Origin: Rhynchobatus australiae
Taxonomy: Eukaryota
DNA: 64,000 nt
Direction: 5' to 3'
Assembly (NCBI GenBank): GCA_034780895.1
Contig: JAUZTB010000064.1
Location: 86,298,991 to 86,362,990 of the forward strand
A program made the translations under genes and the position numbers. Under the pieces are notes generated by a model. It did no database searches. It had not been told where the DNA came from and saw only the letters and a program-made list of their open reading frames with translations. The stretch's first letter is position 1. The number at the start of each line of letters is the position of its first letter. This document shows positions 22,751 through 35,800 of this stretch, one piece after another.

Positions 22751-25700
22751 TCAGATCTATTTAAATGTCAACCTGAGGCAACGTGAAAAATACTAACTGA
22801 AAAGAGCAGTAGAAGTAGCTTTGTCAACATTAAGGTTAATTACTCACTAACCTTGCTGTGCATAAATTGGTTACCATGTCTTTATTGACATTGTGAGTGA
22901 TTTTTATTTTCAGCAGTGATGGGAGGCTGTGCTCATGGGTTTCACCTCATGGGTTTCACCCGTGTTGTACACACGGAAAGAAGTATCAGCTGGGGGTCTA
23001 ATGGGCAGCTGATAAATGACTGTCAAGCTACAAAGCATTTTGGAATGTCCTGAGCAAATAAATGCTGTTACGTCAATGCAAATCCNNNNNNNNNNNNNNN
23101 NNNNNNNNNNNNNNNNNNNNNNNNNNNNNNNNNNNNNNNNNNNNNNNNNNNNNNNNNNNNNNNNNNNNNNNNNNNNNNNNNNNNCCATCTGAAGAAATAG
23201 GAAATAAGAATCAGAAACCTTAAGAATGAAAGAGTGACCTAAAGAGCTGGTTTGTTTTGGTCATAGTGATACGAAGTTCAGAATTTTATTATATTCGATC
23301 AGTAGATAACGTCAATCACAAACACTTCACTCCTCATATGCCATTCCAACTATGTTTTACATAAACTTCCAACTATTTTGAAGTGTAACTATTTACAAAA
23401 CTTTGCATGTATCTGTCAGATTTAACTATTGCAGCCTTGTGGCATCATTTAATCCTGTATTATCTGCCAATTAGAGTGCAAGTAGAAGCAATCTCCTTTC
23501 CATCAGTATAATTGTACTTATCCATGTGATAAAATTATATATTGTGGTCACCCAACAATCAGAAAACTGGCAGAACTTATACCATTAACAAGTCTAATAG
23601 GTTGTAGAATAGATAGGTTGTTGTCTACTAATAACCTGATGGATGTAAATAGAAATTATAAGCTATTACCTTTCACAAGCCTAAATATCTCATGTCATTA
23701 ATGTGCATTTTTTCCACCTCATTAGAGATGCGGCTATAGTAGGTTATGTCAGAAAAAGTAATCAATTAGAATTTCAGCGGCTTGATATGCTGGAACACAA
23801 AAGCAAGGGTTGTAGTTGAATTATTTTTTAGGCCACATCTGTCTCTGGATCGGCTTCAGGAAACAACGCTTGATTTTCTCTAATTAACTATAAGTTTTTA
23901 GTTTGGTTTTTTTTTTGTAATGTAAATGGCCATCACAATCAGGTTCCTCCACTGAAATGTGCATCGTGGGGTGAAATAAGCAAGATGTTAACTAATTTTT
24001 TTTTAATCTCTCTCCGCTGCTGAGCGTGTCACTCAGGCATCACATCTTCTGAAATTTCCTCGCCTTGTTCATGGAAACATATTGGAGCAGCATTTGCCAG
24101 CTGTCGGCTTCCTGTGCCTTCTGCTGCCATTATCCTGAGGCACCACCCCACCTTCTGGCCTGCCAGGCTGCAAAGAGATCATAGCAAAGGGGAGGGAAGA
24201 AAAAAAGTGCCTCTTTGTAGATCAGGCTGTCTTCCCATGATTTGTACGTACTGATGAATGAACCTGTTTGCCTTAAAGCTCAGCGGTGCAAAAAGAATAA
24301 TTCCCAAGTCTTGTGCCTAGTTCTCCTGTGAAGTGCTGATGTTCAGTGCTAATGAGTGGATGAAGCAAACTGTTCTCCTTTATTACATAATTAGGCAATT
24401 TTTCCTCTTCTTAAAGTTCATTACAAGTAAACCATAACTTTAATCCAGGATGATACAGTTGATCACAGTTAAATAAATAGCTGTTAGTGGATTTTTATAT
24501 TGACTCAATTACCAAACAAAGGAATTATTTTTCAATCCCCAATATTAATTCCTGTTGGGAATACTTATAGGTATATGTTTCTTAATAATAAAGTGCAAAA
24601 AAAGTAACATTCCTTGTAACATGCAGTCATATATTTACATGTTATTACAAAGCAGTTTGGGACTCACATTAATGTAATCGTGCTGGTATGGTTTGAGAGT
24701 CGAGATGGCCATCAAAGCCTTGAGCACTTTTAAGTGAGAGATCTGAAACCACCTCCAGCAGAGAGTCTCATGCTGCTGGAGTTCAGACTGGCTACAGCAT
24801 GCTGGAGCCCGGTACATAGCACCTTGTTCAAAGTATTCAAGCAATCCACAGCCATCTACGGGGACTTAATTAACATTCTTTACAATGCTTTTAATCTTAA
24901 AAGAGAGTCAGTGCTCCTGCTTCAGATCTTCACATGTAAAAAATAAGATTTATATCAAGCTCCACATTTATCTCTAAACCTGTACCTACTGAACTTCCTA
25001 AAGACTGACTTAAGAAGATGATGTTTTTGATAACCTGCCATGTAGCTTCACCGGCCAACAGTACATGTTAGGAAGGTTAGCACAATGTTCTGTCCGTTAT
25101 AGCTGAGGAATCTTAGGGAATGCTGTAATATACTCCAGGCAGCAAGGCTCCTTGTTGGCAGAAAGACCTTATGAAATCAAATGTGTTATTACTGAGAACC
25201 TGACTATATGTAATCACAGCATCACAGAGTAAATGAAAAGCAAATTGAGAAAATGACCTTGGTCTCAGACCATGTCAGTGGTGTATCTGTCCTTGTCATT
25301 ACCCATTTCAAGCATTAATAATGAACATTTTGTAAACTGCACATTAGAAGTTATTGCATTCTTATTAAGTGGTTTCCCAATGGAAACAGTCAGGAAGCAA
25401 GCAGCCTGCTAGGAAAAAGAACCTGCTTTACAGCTGATGGTGTCAACAGATTTACAGTGACTGAAAATGCTGAACAGGCACAACCTTAACTAGAAATGGG
25501 TGATTTTATTGTTAACTTGTTTATTTTTCTTAAAACTAAATCTACAAAATAGTCAAATTGGCCGCTGTAATAACAGTAATTTCTCCTCATTGGTGCTCTT
25601 AATATACTCCCCACCTACTCTTGGCTGCTGAAATTTCCCAGAGATTCTGTAGGTCTTCTGCCTGTGTTATGGCTGGGCATTAAGGGAGCCCTGGGGATTC

Positions 25701-26704
25701 AATGTACAGCTAATCACTAAAGTTACAGAAGACAGGGAGAAGTCCCATAAAAATTCCAGCCTAAGTAACTTCTTTCATAGTCTATGTTGACAACCAGTTC
25801 CTTACTCTACAGCTTTCCAGTTAGAGATAGATTTATCCTGATTAGTCTGTATGATGGAGAATATCAAAATAGTCATCCTTAATTGAACATTTGCTTCAGC
25901 TTGTTCCTACCTCATTGATTTCTTGTTGTCTCAGTTCTACCATATATCATTCATTCATATTTTCCCATTATAACTTCCAATAACTGCCTATATGGCAACT
26001 TGAGTGAATAGCTGAAGTCTGAACATGTGCAGTGTTCCCAATTTTTCACAATTCCTCAAAATTGGAAAAAGTAGTTAATTTAATACTGAACACTTCTGTT
26101 CATCAGTTTTCCTTCCAATGTTTTTGAATAACAAATTTTAAAACTCCTGTGGAAGTAACTATTATGTTGCCAAAAAAGAGATTAGGTATCTTTGTCTGTG
26201 TTTCTATGAGCATGTGAGAGAAGCTGGAATAATTACACAATTTCATCTCAGGAAAGTAATTGGGACAATATTGACATTTCTATTTATACTTTTACAACAA
26301 TTTTAAATTTAAATGCATTTTAATTTATTTCATTTTATCTGTTCAGCACTCAAAGCCTATTAAAGTATCTGTTTGGTGCTTTAACTATATGCTGCTTTGA
26401 AGTGGTAATAGTTTTTTAATTGGTTACAAAAGGTTCACTATTCTCCAACTGGCAATTTTTTCTGTGACAAGTGAGCTATTTAGTTAAAGACATTTTTCAT
26501 CAAGTGCAAATTGGCAAAAAAGGAAAGGAAGAAAATCATAGGGGGATGGGGAGATTTTAAGTTCTAAGAACAGCTGGGTTTTGCAGTAGGTGAGAGANNN
26601 NNNNNNNNNNNNNNNNNNNNNNNNCGGAAATGTAATACAACCCGCCAACTATACGATTTAACCTGAGAACATCAAGCAGCGATAGGGAACCCTCTGTGGG
26701 AATC

Positions 26705-27150
26705 AAAGAAAATTGCAGCACTGAAACAGACCACTTGGGCCTTCACTTTCATGATGGTCAAAAATGAGCGAGTTAGGCTAATGTCATGACTTAGTGTGTC
26801 AGTCTTTAGCGCTATAGATTATGGCACCAAGTATGCTCTCCAAATGCAATGAAGGTGTCTGCTTCCATCATCCTTTCTGCTGATCCTTTCACCCAGGATC
26901 TTAAGTCTCTGTCCCCAACTTCCTGCCAAGGAAAATGGGTCCTATCTGTTCACCACATTAGAACCTTTCATAACGTTTAAGTATCTTTTAACCTCCACTA
27001 AACTTCCTTCATTTCAAGGTGGACTTCCTGAGCCTGAACAATTTTTCCTTACAGATCAGATTTTGGGCCTTACATTCATTACACTTCTCTTCTGTACTTC
27101 CCTGTTCCTATATTCTGTTCCTGAATATAAAGGAGAGCTGTGTTGATAAA
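26705..27150 (-). mobile_element. Highly degraded CR1 3' fragment
   Basis: Tail 'gcagcactgaaacagaccacttgggcc' followed by CR1-like minus-strand sequence. Confidence 0.5.
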
Positions 27151-27399
27151 TTATATTACTTATACAAGTTTCATTAACTGCAATTTTGGAACTGAACCAA
27201 GGGGCTACGTGTTTCCCAAATTCTCTGAAACTTGCCAGTGAAATTCTGCTGAGGGTTGGACTGAGGAGGGAACAATGTAGTTTTATTATAAGTAATGCAG
27301 ATTAACAAGTACTTTCCTGAATGAGACTGCACCAGATTCTCTTCAAAGGAGGTGTGCTTGTTCTTTCCTCAGCAAAACATGATGACATTCTTGAATGAT

Positions 27400-29280
27400 G
27401 AGTGCTAATCTTGTTTTTCAGTGCCCAAACTATGGTCCCCAACCCAAACTTGACCCGTTGCAACTCCTGGTTTGGTCTGATAACTCTCCCAGACACTCTC
27501 TCACTGGTAAGACTACCAAGAGTTGCATGCACTCAAACTTCCTCCATGACCTCCGCTTTCCAAAATGGTAGGAGATCACAGAGAAAGTCTTGTGGCATGG
27601 ATATCAGAGATTTGAAAAGATTGCTGATTGGGAGGGGTACAATCAAGGACTTGATGAGAGTTGGAAGGAGGACCATGATGTTGGGGTGGGGTGGGAGGGA
27701 ATGGCATAGTGGTATTGTCAGAGAAGGCATAAGGATTGCTGGCTGGAATGCAGAGGATCAAGAATTTGAGGAGGAGTATGGTGTTGATGGGGGTTTGNNN
27801 NNNNNNNNNNNNNNNNNNNNNNNNNNNNNNNNNNNNNNNNNNNNNNNNNNNNNNNNNNNNNNNNNNNNNNNNNNNNNNNNNNNNNNNNNNNNNNNNNNNN
27901 NNNNNNNNNNNNNNNNNNNNNNNNNNNNNNNNNNNNNNNNNNNNNNNNNNNNNNNNNNNNNNNNNNNNNNNNNNNNNNNNNNNNNNNNNNNNNNNNNNNN
28001 NNNNNNNNNNNNNNNNNNNNNNNNNNNNNNNNNNNNNNNNNNNNNNNNNNNNNNNNNNNNNNNNNNNNNNNNNNNNNNNNNNNNNNNNNNNNNNNNNNNN
28101 NNNNNNNNNNNNNNNNNNNNNNNNNNNNNNNNNNNNNNNNNNNNNNNNNNNNNNNNNNNNNNNNNNNNNNNNNNNNNNNNNNNNNNNNNNNNNNNNNNNN
28201 NNNNNNNNNNNNNNNNNNNNNNNNNNNNNNNNNNNNNNNNNNNNNNNNNNNNNNNNNNNNNNNNNNNNNNNNNNNNNNNNNNNNNNNNNNNNNNNNNNNN
28301 NNNNNNNNNNNNNNNNNNNNNNNNNNNNNNNNNNNNNNNNNNNNNNNNNNNNNNNNNACCAAGCACAAAAGTTAGGGGTTCTGCTCTTTTGATCCTGCCT
28401 ACTTATTGACAGTAGGTGTCTGCCAAGTCTTGAGGATTGCTGCACAAGGAGCAGCAACACTGTGCAACCCAGAGGAGGAGCTGGCTGGGCAACCACCGGA
28501 TCAACAGCAGCCTCCTGTTGACTTCCTCGCACCACAGAGGGGGGACCTAACAGGAGGCTGTTCCCTGCACACTGAGGCTCTACAGCCTTAATACAGTATA
28601 CCAACAGTGTCTTAGGACACTGGNNNNNNNNNNTCTAGTGGATACCATCTGCCTGTGGCTGTCAAAGTGTTCAAAAGGTTCCCCAAGGATTACTCAGCTT
28701 TATGCAAGCAAACTATCCAGGCAAGCAACATTTATCTTGCCTATGTGGGCTGTCTTCTATCATGGATGTTTCCACCCAAAATGGGAGGGAGCTCGGATTT
28801 GCTGCTCCAGCTGGATTCTTGCAGGTGTCCAAAGAGATGGACTGCCCTCTGATGAGGTGGCTCCAGAGCAATTTGAAGTGTTCATCAGCCAGGAAGAATT
28901 TCACTTTATTGGTACCCAACTGATCTGAACCAAAGGAATGTACTTCTTTGGGTCTGTGCGCAAGACATTGAGGTGGCTGATTCCTCCACTCTGAAGTACT
29001 CCACCCTTTACTAACCCATTCAGTCCTCTAAGTAGATGTAAAGACTGCCTGCTGGAGATGAAGGTTTCTCACTGATTTACAAGATTGCCAAAAAGCAAAG
29101 CACAGCAACACTCTAAATGAAGCCACCCTACCGCTGATAAAGCTACTGAGCAAGGTGTTAGAGTGCCGAAGTGTGAGTGTCTGTTCTAGTCGATGGAGGG
29201 TCTGGCTATGATGCTCTGAGTGTGGACCCTCATTCGACATTGCCCTTCGGTTGCGCATCTTGCTGGATGAGTTCAGTCTC
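27400..29280 (-). other. Possible very old non-LTR retroelement remnant(s), family unresolved
   Basis: GC-richer block across a gap. Weak motif echoes only: LLSSFISGRVASFRV (RT-like), ELQRVKFGLG.IVW (L1/Tx1 C-terminus-like), and an L2-like 3' segment at ~27580-27690. Confidence 0.25.
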
Positions 29281-30934
29281 CCTCTGTAGGTGACTGAAAA
29301 CGTGAATTAGAACTTCACGGCACAAATTAGAAGGTAGAAATATTTATGGTTTTGCTTGCACATATGATCGCTTTTCACCCTCTGCTGATTTCCAATCCGG
29401 TGTTATATGCAAAATGCCTTGATGAGACACAGTTCTGTCACCGGGATGCTGTGAGGCCCTTATCTCCAATGGCCACCGGACATCCATTAACTTATCTATC
29501 TCATGGGCCGTCCCCTTCAGCAGAAGTCAACTGGCTACTGGGGGGAGGACCACCTCCAGGACTACGCTGCACCACAGAGAGGGCCCACTGGTCTTCTGCC
29601 TCTCCCTGGTGCTTTGTGTTCTCTTCACTTCAGTGACAGAAAGAAGAGATCTAACCCAATCACGAAACAGCATCAAGGAAGCTAAAAGGCTCACTCCCTT
29701 TCCNNNNNNNNNNNNNNNNNNNNNNNNNNNNNNNNNNNNNNNNNNNNNNNNNNNNNNNNNNNNNNNNNNNNNNNNNNNNNNNNNNNNNNNNNNNNNNNNN
29801 NNNCAAGGAAGCTAAAAGGCTCACTCCCTTTCCTGCATTTGAGGCTTAAACTTCATTTTGTTAAATAGTGTAATCTTTGAATTGAAATCAGGTTGGGCCA
29901 TAAGAGAATATCAACATTATAGCCACAGCATTTGCTTAAAGGGTAATGATACATAAACCGCCATTGAATGTATTTCCCACTGCAGTCCAAACTAGCCAGC
30001 AGATGCCTTATTATTGTTTTAGAACCTGGCTAGAACAAGTAGGTGCTTCAAGCAAGCAACATCACAATTGCAGCCCTCAGCAAGGGAGCCCATTTTAAAA
30101 CAGTTCGCAGATGTGTGAAATTTCAGAGTGTTAAGATGCATTTTATTTTACATGGCCCAATTCAGAAATACTCTTTGCAAACTGAGCGATAAACCTTGCA
30201 CAAATAAAAACTATTAAAATAATGATCATAGACCAATATAGCAGTAGGCTGTGACATGCAGATCTGCACTCGTAATGCAAATTCGGCAGGATGGATCAGG
30301 CTTGCACAGCACATCCTCATTAGGGTATTGGTTAGCCTCATTTTGCTGCTGTCAAAGACGATCTTTGTTATTTTATTCCAATCAAGCCCCAAGAAAGAAT
30401 TCATAAAGTGGAATCCCTGCAGGATTCATGTTCCTGTACTACTTCCAAAAATCATCCCTTTGAACAACATAGTGGCAGTTATAAGGTTGAAAGAAATAAC
30501 TGCAAAAATTAAATAATGTGACCAATTTATATATTATTGATACTAATAGTAAGAAAAGTGTTACTGCTTTGCACAGTACTATCGATATGCTCATTAATTA
30601 TGTTAAGTATGGTAACAGTGAGTTATCGCCCCACAGTCAGGCTTGAGCTCACTCACTTGCTTGCTCTGATTTTTGCTGCTTGATGCCTTTTTCATCTTTA
30701 TTTTTAACTTAAAAACAGCTGGACAAATCCTACTGTTCTATGGAAGCTGGGTTCACAAATTGCAACCAATTGTAGATTGACGTCTGCAATTTTCACTATT
30801 CTTAAACATTGTTTTACCAGTATTAATGCTCCCATGTTGCTTGTTATTTACCCCCAGTGCCTAATGTTACTAATGTGGATGACCATGTCAATAGGGTGAA
30901 ATAAAGGGAAGACCTCTAGTGATATAATACCTTC

Positions 30935-31325
30935 ATGATCTGAAGATTCCCCAAATCACTTTGCACTCAATTTAAGGTTGTCATTTTTTTAAGTCACAAG
31001 TAGTCAACTTGCACACGCCAAGCTCCCATAAGTGATGACATGATAATGACTAGATAATCTGTTTTAATTATATTGACCGAGGCACACGTTTTGGCCAGGG
31101 CAGCAGGGTTGATTTTACTGCTCTTTAAGTTAGAGTGATGTGGTCTTTTAGGTCTCCCAGAGGGTACCATACAGGACCTTGCTTTATCTAAAAAAGTGAA
31201 CCACACAACAGTGCATTCACTCAGTACAGCATGAAGTATCACCCCAGATTTCTGGCTCAAACTTCTGACTCTTGAATCTATACCCTTCTGACTTAAAGGT
31301 GAGAGAGCTACCGATTGAGGATTGA
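30935..31325 (-). mobile_element. Deu-domain SINE (SacSINE1/AmnSINE1-like)
   Basis: tRNA-like head at the right end (reverse complement of 'cttgaatctatacccttctgacttaaaggtgagagagctaccgattgag'). Central 'cagtgcattcactcagtacagcatgaagtatcaccccagattt' resembles the Deu domain. Confidence 0.7.
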
Positions 31326-31454
31326 CTGACAACTGATAAGTGAATGGAAGGAGTAGTCAAGTGGAAAATAGGTTTAGGAAGTTAACCTCTGAAATAAAGG
31401 AGATAAAACTGACCAACACTTTCAAGATTGTATTGAAAACTGGCAAACTTTGAT

Positions 31455-32830
31455 TGAAGCAAAAAACAAAAGCAGAAAAAGCTGGAAATACTCGGAAGGT
31501 TAAACCACATTTGTGGGAAGAGAAACAGAGTCATCCTTTCATATTGGAGACCCTTTGTCAGAACTGAAAAACAGACAAAAGGGAGAGGAAAAAGAGGAAG
31601 GCAATACAAAGAAGGGAAAAATAAAACAATCTGAGCTAATAGAGTCATACAGCACTGAAACTGGCCCTTCAGCCCAAGACTGCCTGCCATCAAAGCTAGT
31701 CCCATTTGGGGCGTTTGGCCCAGATTCCTCTAAACCTTTCTATCCATGTAGCTGTCCAAGTACCTTTTAAATGTCATTAATGTCCCCGCCTCCTCAACCA
31801 CTTCCTCTGGCAGCTCACTCCATAAACAGGCCACCTTCTGGGTGAAAAAGTTGCCTCTCAGATTCCTATTAAATCTCTCCCCTCTCACCTTAAATCTATG
31901 CCCTCTAGTTTTTAATTGCTTAACACTGGGAAAAAGACGGTGTACATTGACCCTGTCTATGCCCCTCATGATTTTATGCACCTCTAAAGGATCACCCCTC
32001 ATTCTCCTACACTCCCATGAAAGTAGTCCCAACCTGCTCAGCCTCTCTATTACTCAACCCCTCGAGTCCCCACAACTTCTTCATCAATCTCCTCTGCACT
32101 CTTTCTAACTTAATGGCCTCTTTCCTATAGCAGGATGACCAAAACTGAATATAATATTCCAAATGTGGCCTCACCAGCATCTTGGACAACTGCAATATCA
32201 CATCCCAACTTTTGTACTCGATGTCCTGACTGATGAAGGCCAGAATGAAAAATCCTTCTTCACCACCTTGTCGACCTGCGATGCCACTTTCAGGGAACCA
32301 TGTACTTGGAATCCTAGGTCACTCTGTTCTACCACACTCCCAGAGCCCTAGCGTCCACTGTGAAAGTCTTACCTTCATTTGTCTTCCCAAAATGCAACAC
32401 CTCGCATTTATCGGAATTAAACTTCATTTGCCATTCCTCGGCCCATTTACCAGCTGATCATAATCCCTCTTAATCCTGATAACCATCTTCACTGTCAACA
32501 ACACCAACTATTTTAGTGTCATCACCAAATTCACTAACCGTTATTAGCAATCGTTAGTAATTAGTAATATTACTGCTGCATGGCTGATACAGACCAAGAA
32601 CTGAGGTAACTCGGGTAACTGAGATTACCTGAAGTTGTAGTTTTCAATATCGAATGCAGCCAGAAGGGTGTAACGCGCCCAGAAAGAAGATGAGATGCTG
32701 TTTGTCGAGCTTGCATTGGGCCTCATTGTAACATTACAGGAGGCCACAGACCAATAGGTCAGAGTGGGAGTGAGATAAGGAATAAAAGTAGCAGGCAACA
32801 CAAAGCTGTGGGTCGTCCCTGCAGACTGAA
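31455..32830 (-). mobile_element. Penelope-like element 3' end (GIY-YIG C-terminus + pLTR), split by a CR1 insertion
   Basis: 32585-32830 (-) translates SVCRDDPQLCVACYFYSLSHSHSDLLVCGLL*CYNEAQCKLDKQHLIFFLGALHPSG..IENYNFR, matching the Penelope/Poseidon endonuclease C-terminus. 31455-31570 is the pLTR with a decayed core (cagtt-CTGACAA-agggtctccaatat-GAAAG). Confidence 0.8.
31638..32540 (-). mobile_element. CR1 LINE 3' ~900 bp
   Basis: ORFs 31730-32032 and 32007-32201: LVRPHLEY.IQFWS..YRK....LERVQRR and TRGHRFKVRGERFNRNLRGNFFTQ; tail 'atagagtcatacagcactgaaactggcccttcagccc'. Confidence 0.92.
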
Positions 32831-35800
32831 TTCAATTCTTGTTGAACTGATTTTCACTTTGATTGAAGCAAATTGCTCATTATGTTGAAGACTCATGTTT
32901 TCATTAGGAAGTTAGGAAGTAAAATGGAAAGCCGTCTGAAATTTAGAGTCACCGAATGGGTGTTACATCTCTGAAACATTAGAAGAAGGCTATAAATGAG
33001 ATTCAGACGATTCTGAAAGCAAAACAAAGATATGCCGAGGAAACACATGTACGGGGTTGGTCTTTGGAAAGGAGACAGGTCTATTGAACCTGAAGATGTT
33101 TATCTCATTATGAAAGTTCTTATCTTACACAACAAAGGTGAGGGCTGCCATTCCCTCTGATGCTTCGCTCGGTCCGAGCATAACTGTCAGTGTGGCCACA
33201 AGCGGAACTCTGAAGCCAGCCTGGAAGCAACCATCACTGGGACAGAGTTGGGGAAGATTTGTTTCATTCAGAGGGTGAAACTTTTCTCAGACTTTCGAAA
33301 GATAGACTTCTTGGAAAACACAGTGGTCATTCACAAGTTAAAAGGCAGTTTGGCAATTTTGAGGTGCTGATCACAGATAATTGGCAAAGTTCTCTGACAA
33401 GAAGTTTGTGAGGTTTTCAGAGACCTGGCAGCTTGGGCACCAGACAATATCAGGTCAATTTCCAAAGGTAGAAGGTACTGTAAATGTTGTCAAGAAATTA
33501 CTGAAGAAGGCTAAATCATCACAGTCAGATCCTTACTTGATCATATCATACCTGTGTAGCTTAAGAACCATTATGCTTTCATTTCTGAATATCAGATCAT
33601 CCAGAGAGCCCAACTCTATGCCGTGTTCTTTTTCACCCTGTCTAAATCACTCATTAGGTGTTACATTATTTTATTTTGATTGGAAGCTTTTACAATCGCC
33701 TGCATCAGTGACTGAGAGATTGGAATATGTCTTGCCATGTAGACTAACTCAAACATCCACATCACCCTTTGTGTCCTTGAAATAAACTCGGCTGAGCATG
33801 TTGGCAAGTCATTGTCCAGAGGATACCGAATCTTAAAATCTACAATCATTCTCACAACCTCCCTGGTTCTCTGTGGAGGGGCTTAATCACGATGATCTTG
33901 AGTGACTTGTGCTCATGGTCACAAGATCACAAGATAAGGGAGCAGAAGTAGGCCATTTGGCCCATCAGGTCTACTCCAGGGAAAAGGGATGAGAAAGGAG
34001 GGGGGGTGAGGGGAGAGAGTCAAGAAAAAAAAAATTAATTTTAACCCTAATTTCCAGCCTTATCCCCATATCCCTTGATGCCTTGACTAATTAGATATCT
34101 GTCTATCTCCTNNNNNNNNNNNNNNNNNNNNNNNNNNNNNNNNNNNNNNNNNNNNNNNNNNNNNNNNNNNNNNNNNNNNNNNNNNNNNNNNNNNNNNNNN
34201 NNNNNNNNNNNTGAGACTAACTACTAACTTACACCCTCGTAATTCTCTCCTTTCACCTGTTCTCGCCTAAGCCCGTTGAGCCAAAGCCCAGAACACTCTG
34301 CTGCCCCTCACTCTGCTGCCCCTCACTCTGCTGCCTGCTCCAATGCTGCCCGCTGGATATGGCAGCCTTCTCGTTAAACCGCCTGCGTGCTTCCCAGTGA
34401 CGTCATGCGCCTGCGGTCACTCACCGCTGTCCCAAACGCTAGAAGGAAAAAAAAAACGCTCTCTTCGTTATTTTCCAGCATTCTCCGCTCTCTCGCCGCT
34501 GGAAAGAAAGCCGAAGGTATTTCTCCTCTTTTTAAACCACCCGCGCGGTTCCCAGTGACATCACGTGCCTGCACAGTCACTCGCCGCTGTCCCAAATGCT
34601 GTCCCGGATTGTGCACACATACTGTTCTCCTGTATGTGTATTGGTCCGGTCCATTCCAAAGATCACAGCAAGGATCTCCTCCTTAATTTGCCTGTATTGC
34701 AATGTCAGAGAGACCCATCTGCAAGATTTTTGCTTCAAGACCCTTTTCTGAGGCACCCACCTATGGTATCAACTCTGTTTTATTATCAAAATATGGCAGA
34801 GCAGTTTCTGCTATGCATGTTGCCTTAATTCAGTTGACTATTTGCTCTCGAGTATTTAACTGGCATAGTTCCACCTCCTCCAAGTGGTTCACACATCTCA
34901 CTCAGATGGACAGAAACTTTCTTTGATGGTTAACAAACATGAGAGAGTTTGGAACAAGTGTCTAATTCTGCTTCTGCCTTGCGTTTCGCTAGATCTGACT
35001 TTCAGAATATCTCTGGTGATTGCTTTGAAATATCTTAACTTGTTCAGCTTCACTTATTTCTCTCCGCATCTTTCTTTGAGGCCTGCAATTTGCATTCATG
35101 TCTAGTTTTGCCTCTTACCCTGTTGCTCCTTCTCCAAAGGCTAATATATTATCAGTTATGATCTTTACCCCGCTGATGTCATCAAGTGAAGCATCAAATA
35201 TCACTCAAATCCCTCTGTTACCCTATTGATTCCAAACTGCATTCTTTTTCAATGATATCCATTGAATAACATATTGAAGAGGTTAAACAGGAGTTTCCCT
35301 CCACATGCCAATTTTGCATCCAGCACCTTGGAAAAAAATATTTTTTTGTCCCACTGAAGTCTGGCAAAATATCTTTTGTGTTGTTTTTTTTAATAGAATA
35401 GTGACTTCTCTTAAGAACTCCATGAAGACCTCTTAGGCAAATGTTCAGCTTGCCCATTGATTTCTCAACACACTGAGCTGGATAGTCAAGGGTGGGCATG
35501 TCCCTTGGGCTACTATCCCTGTTTTAGTTATTCTCTTCAAAAAGACTTTAAGTTTCTCCTCATTTATCACTGGAACATGCCTTGCCGCCTCCCCTCATCT
35601 GCGACAAGGGAGTGTTTTCCTTATCCTTTCTCTATTCAATGAAAAGCATTCGCAGATGCATCTGTGAGTTGTACACGAGATGCTATTGCTTCTGTTGAAG
35701 CCGTCTTTACAATCCTGTCATGATGTATCTTTATCAGCCCCACCTGCTGCACTATCTACCTCCAGGTGTAAGTGTGAATCCTTCTAGTCTACTGCAATGA

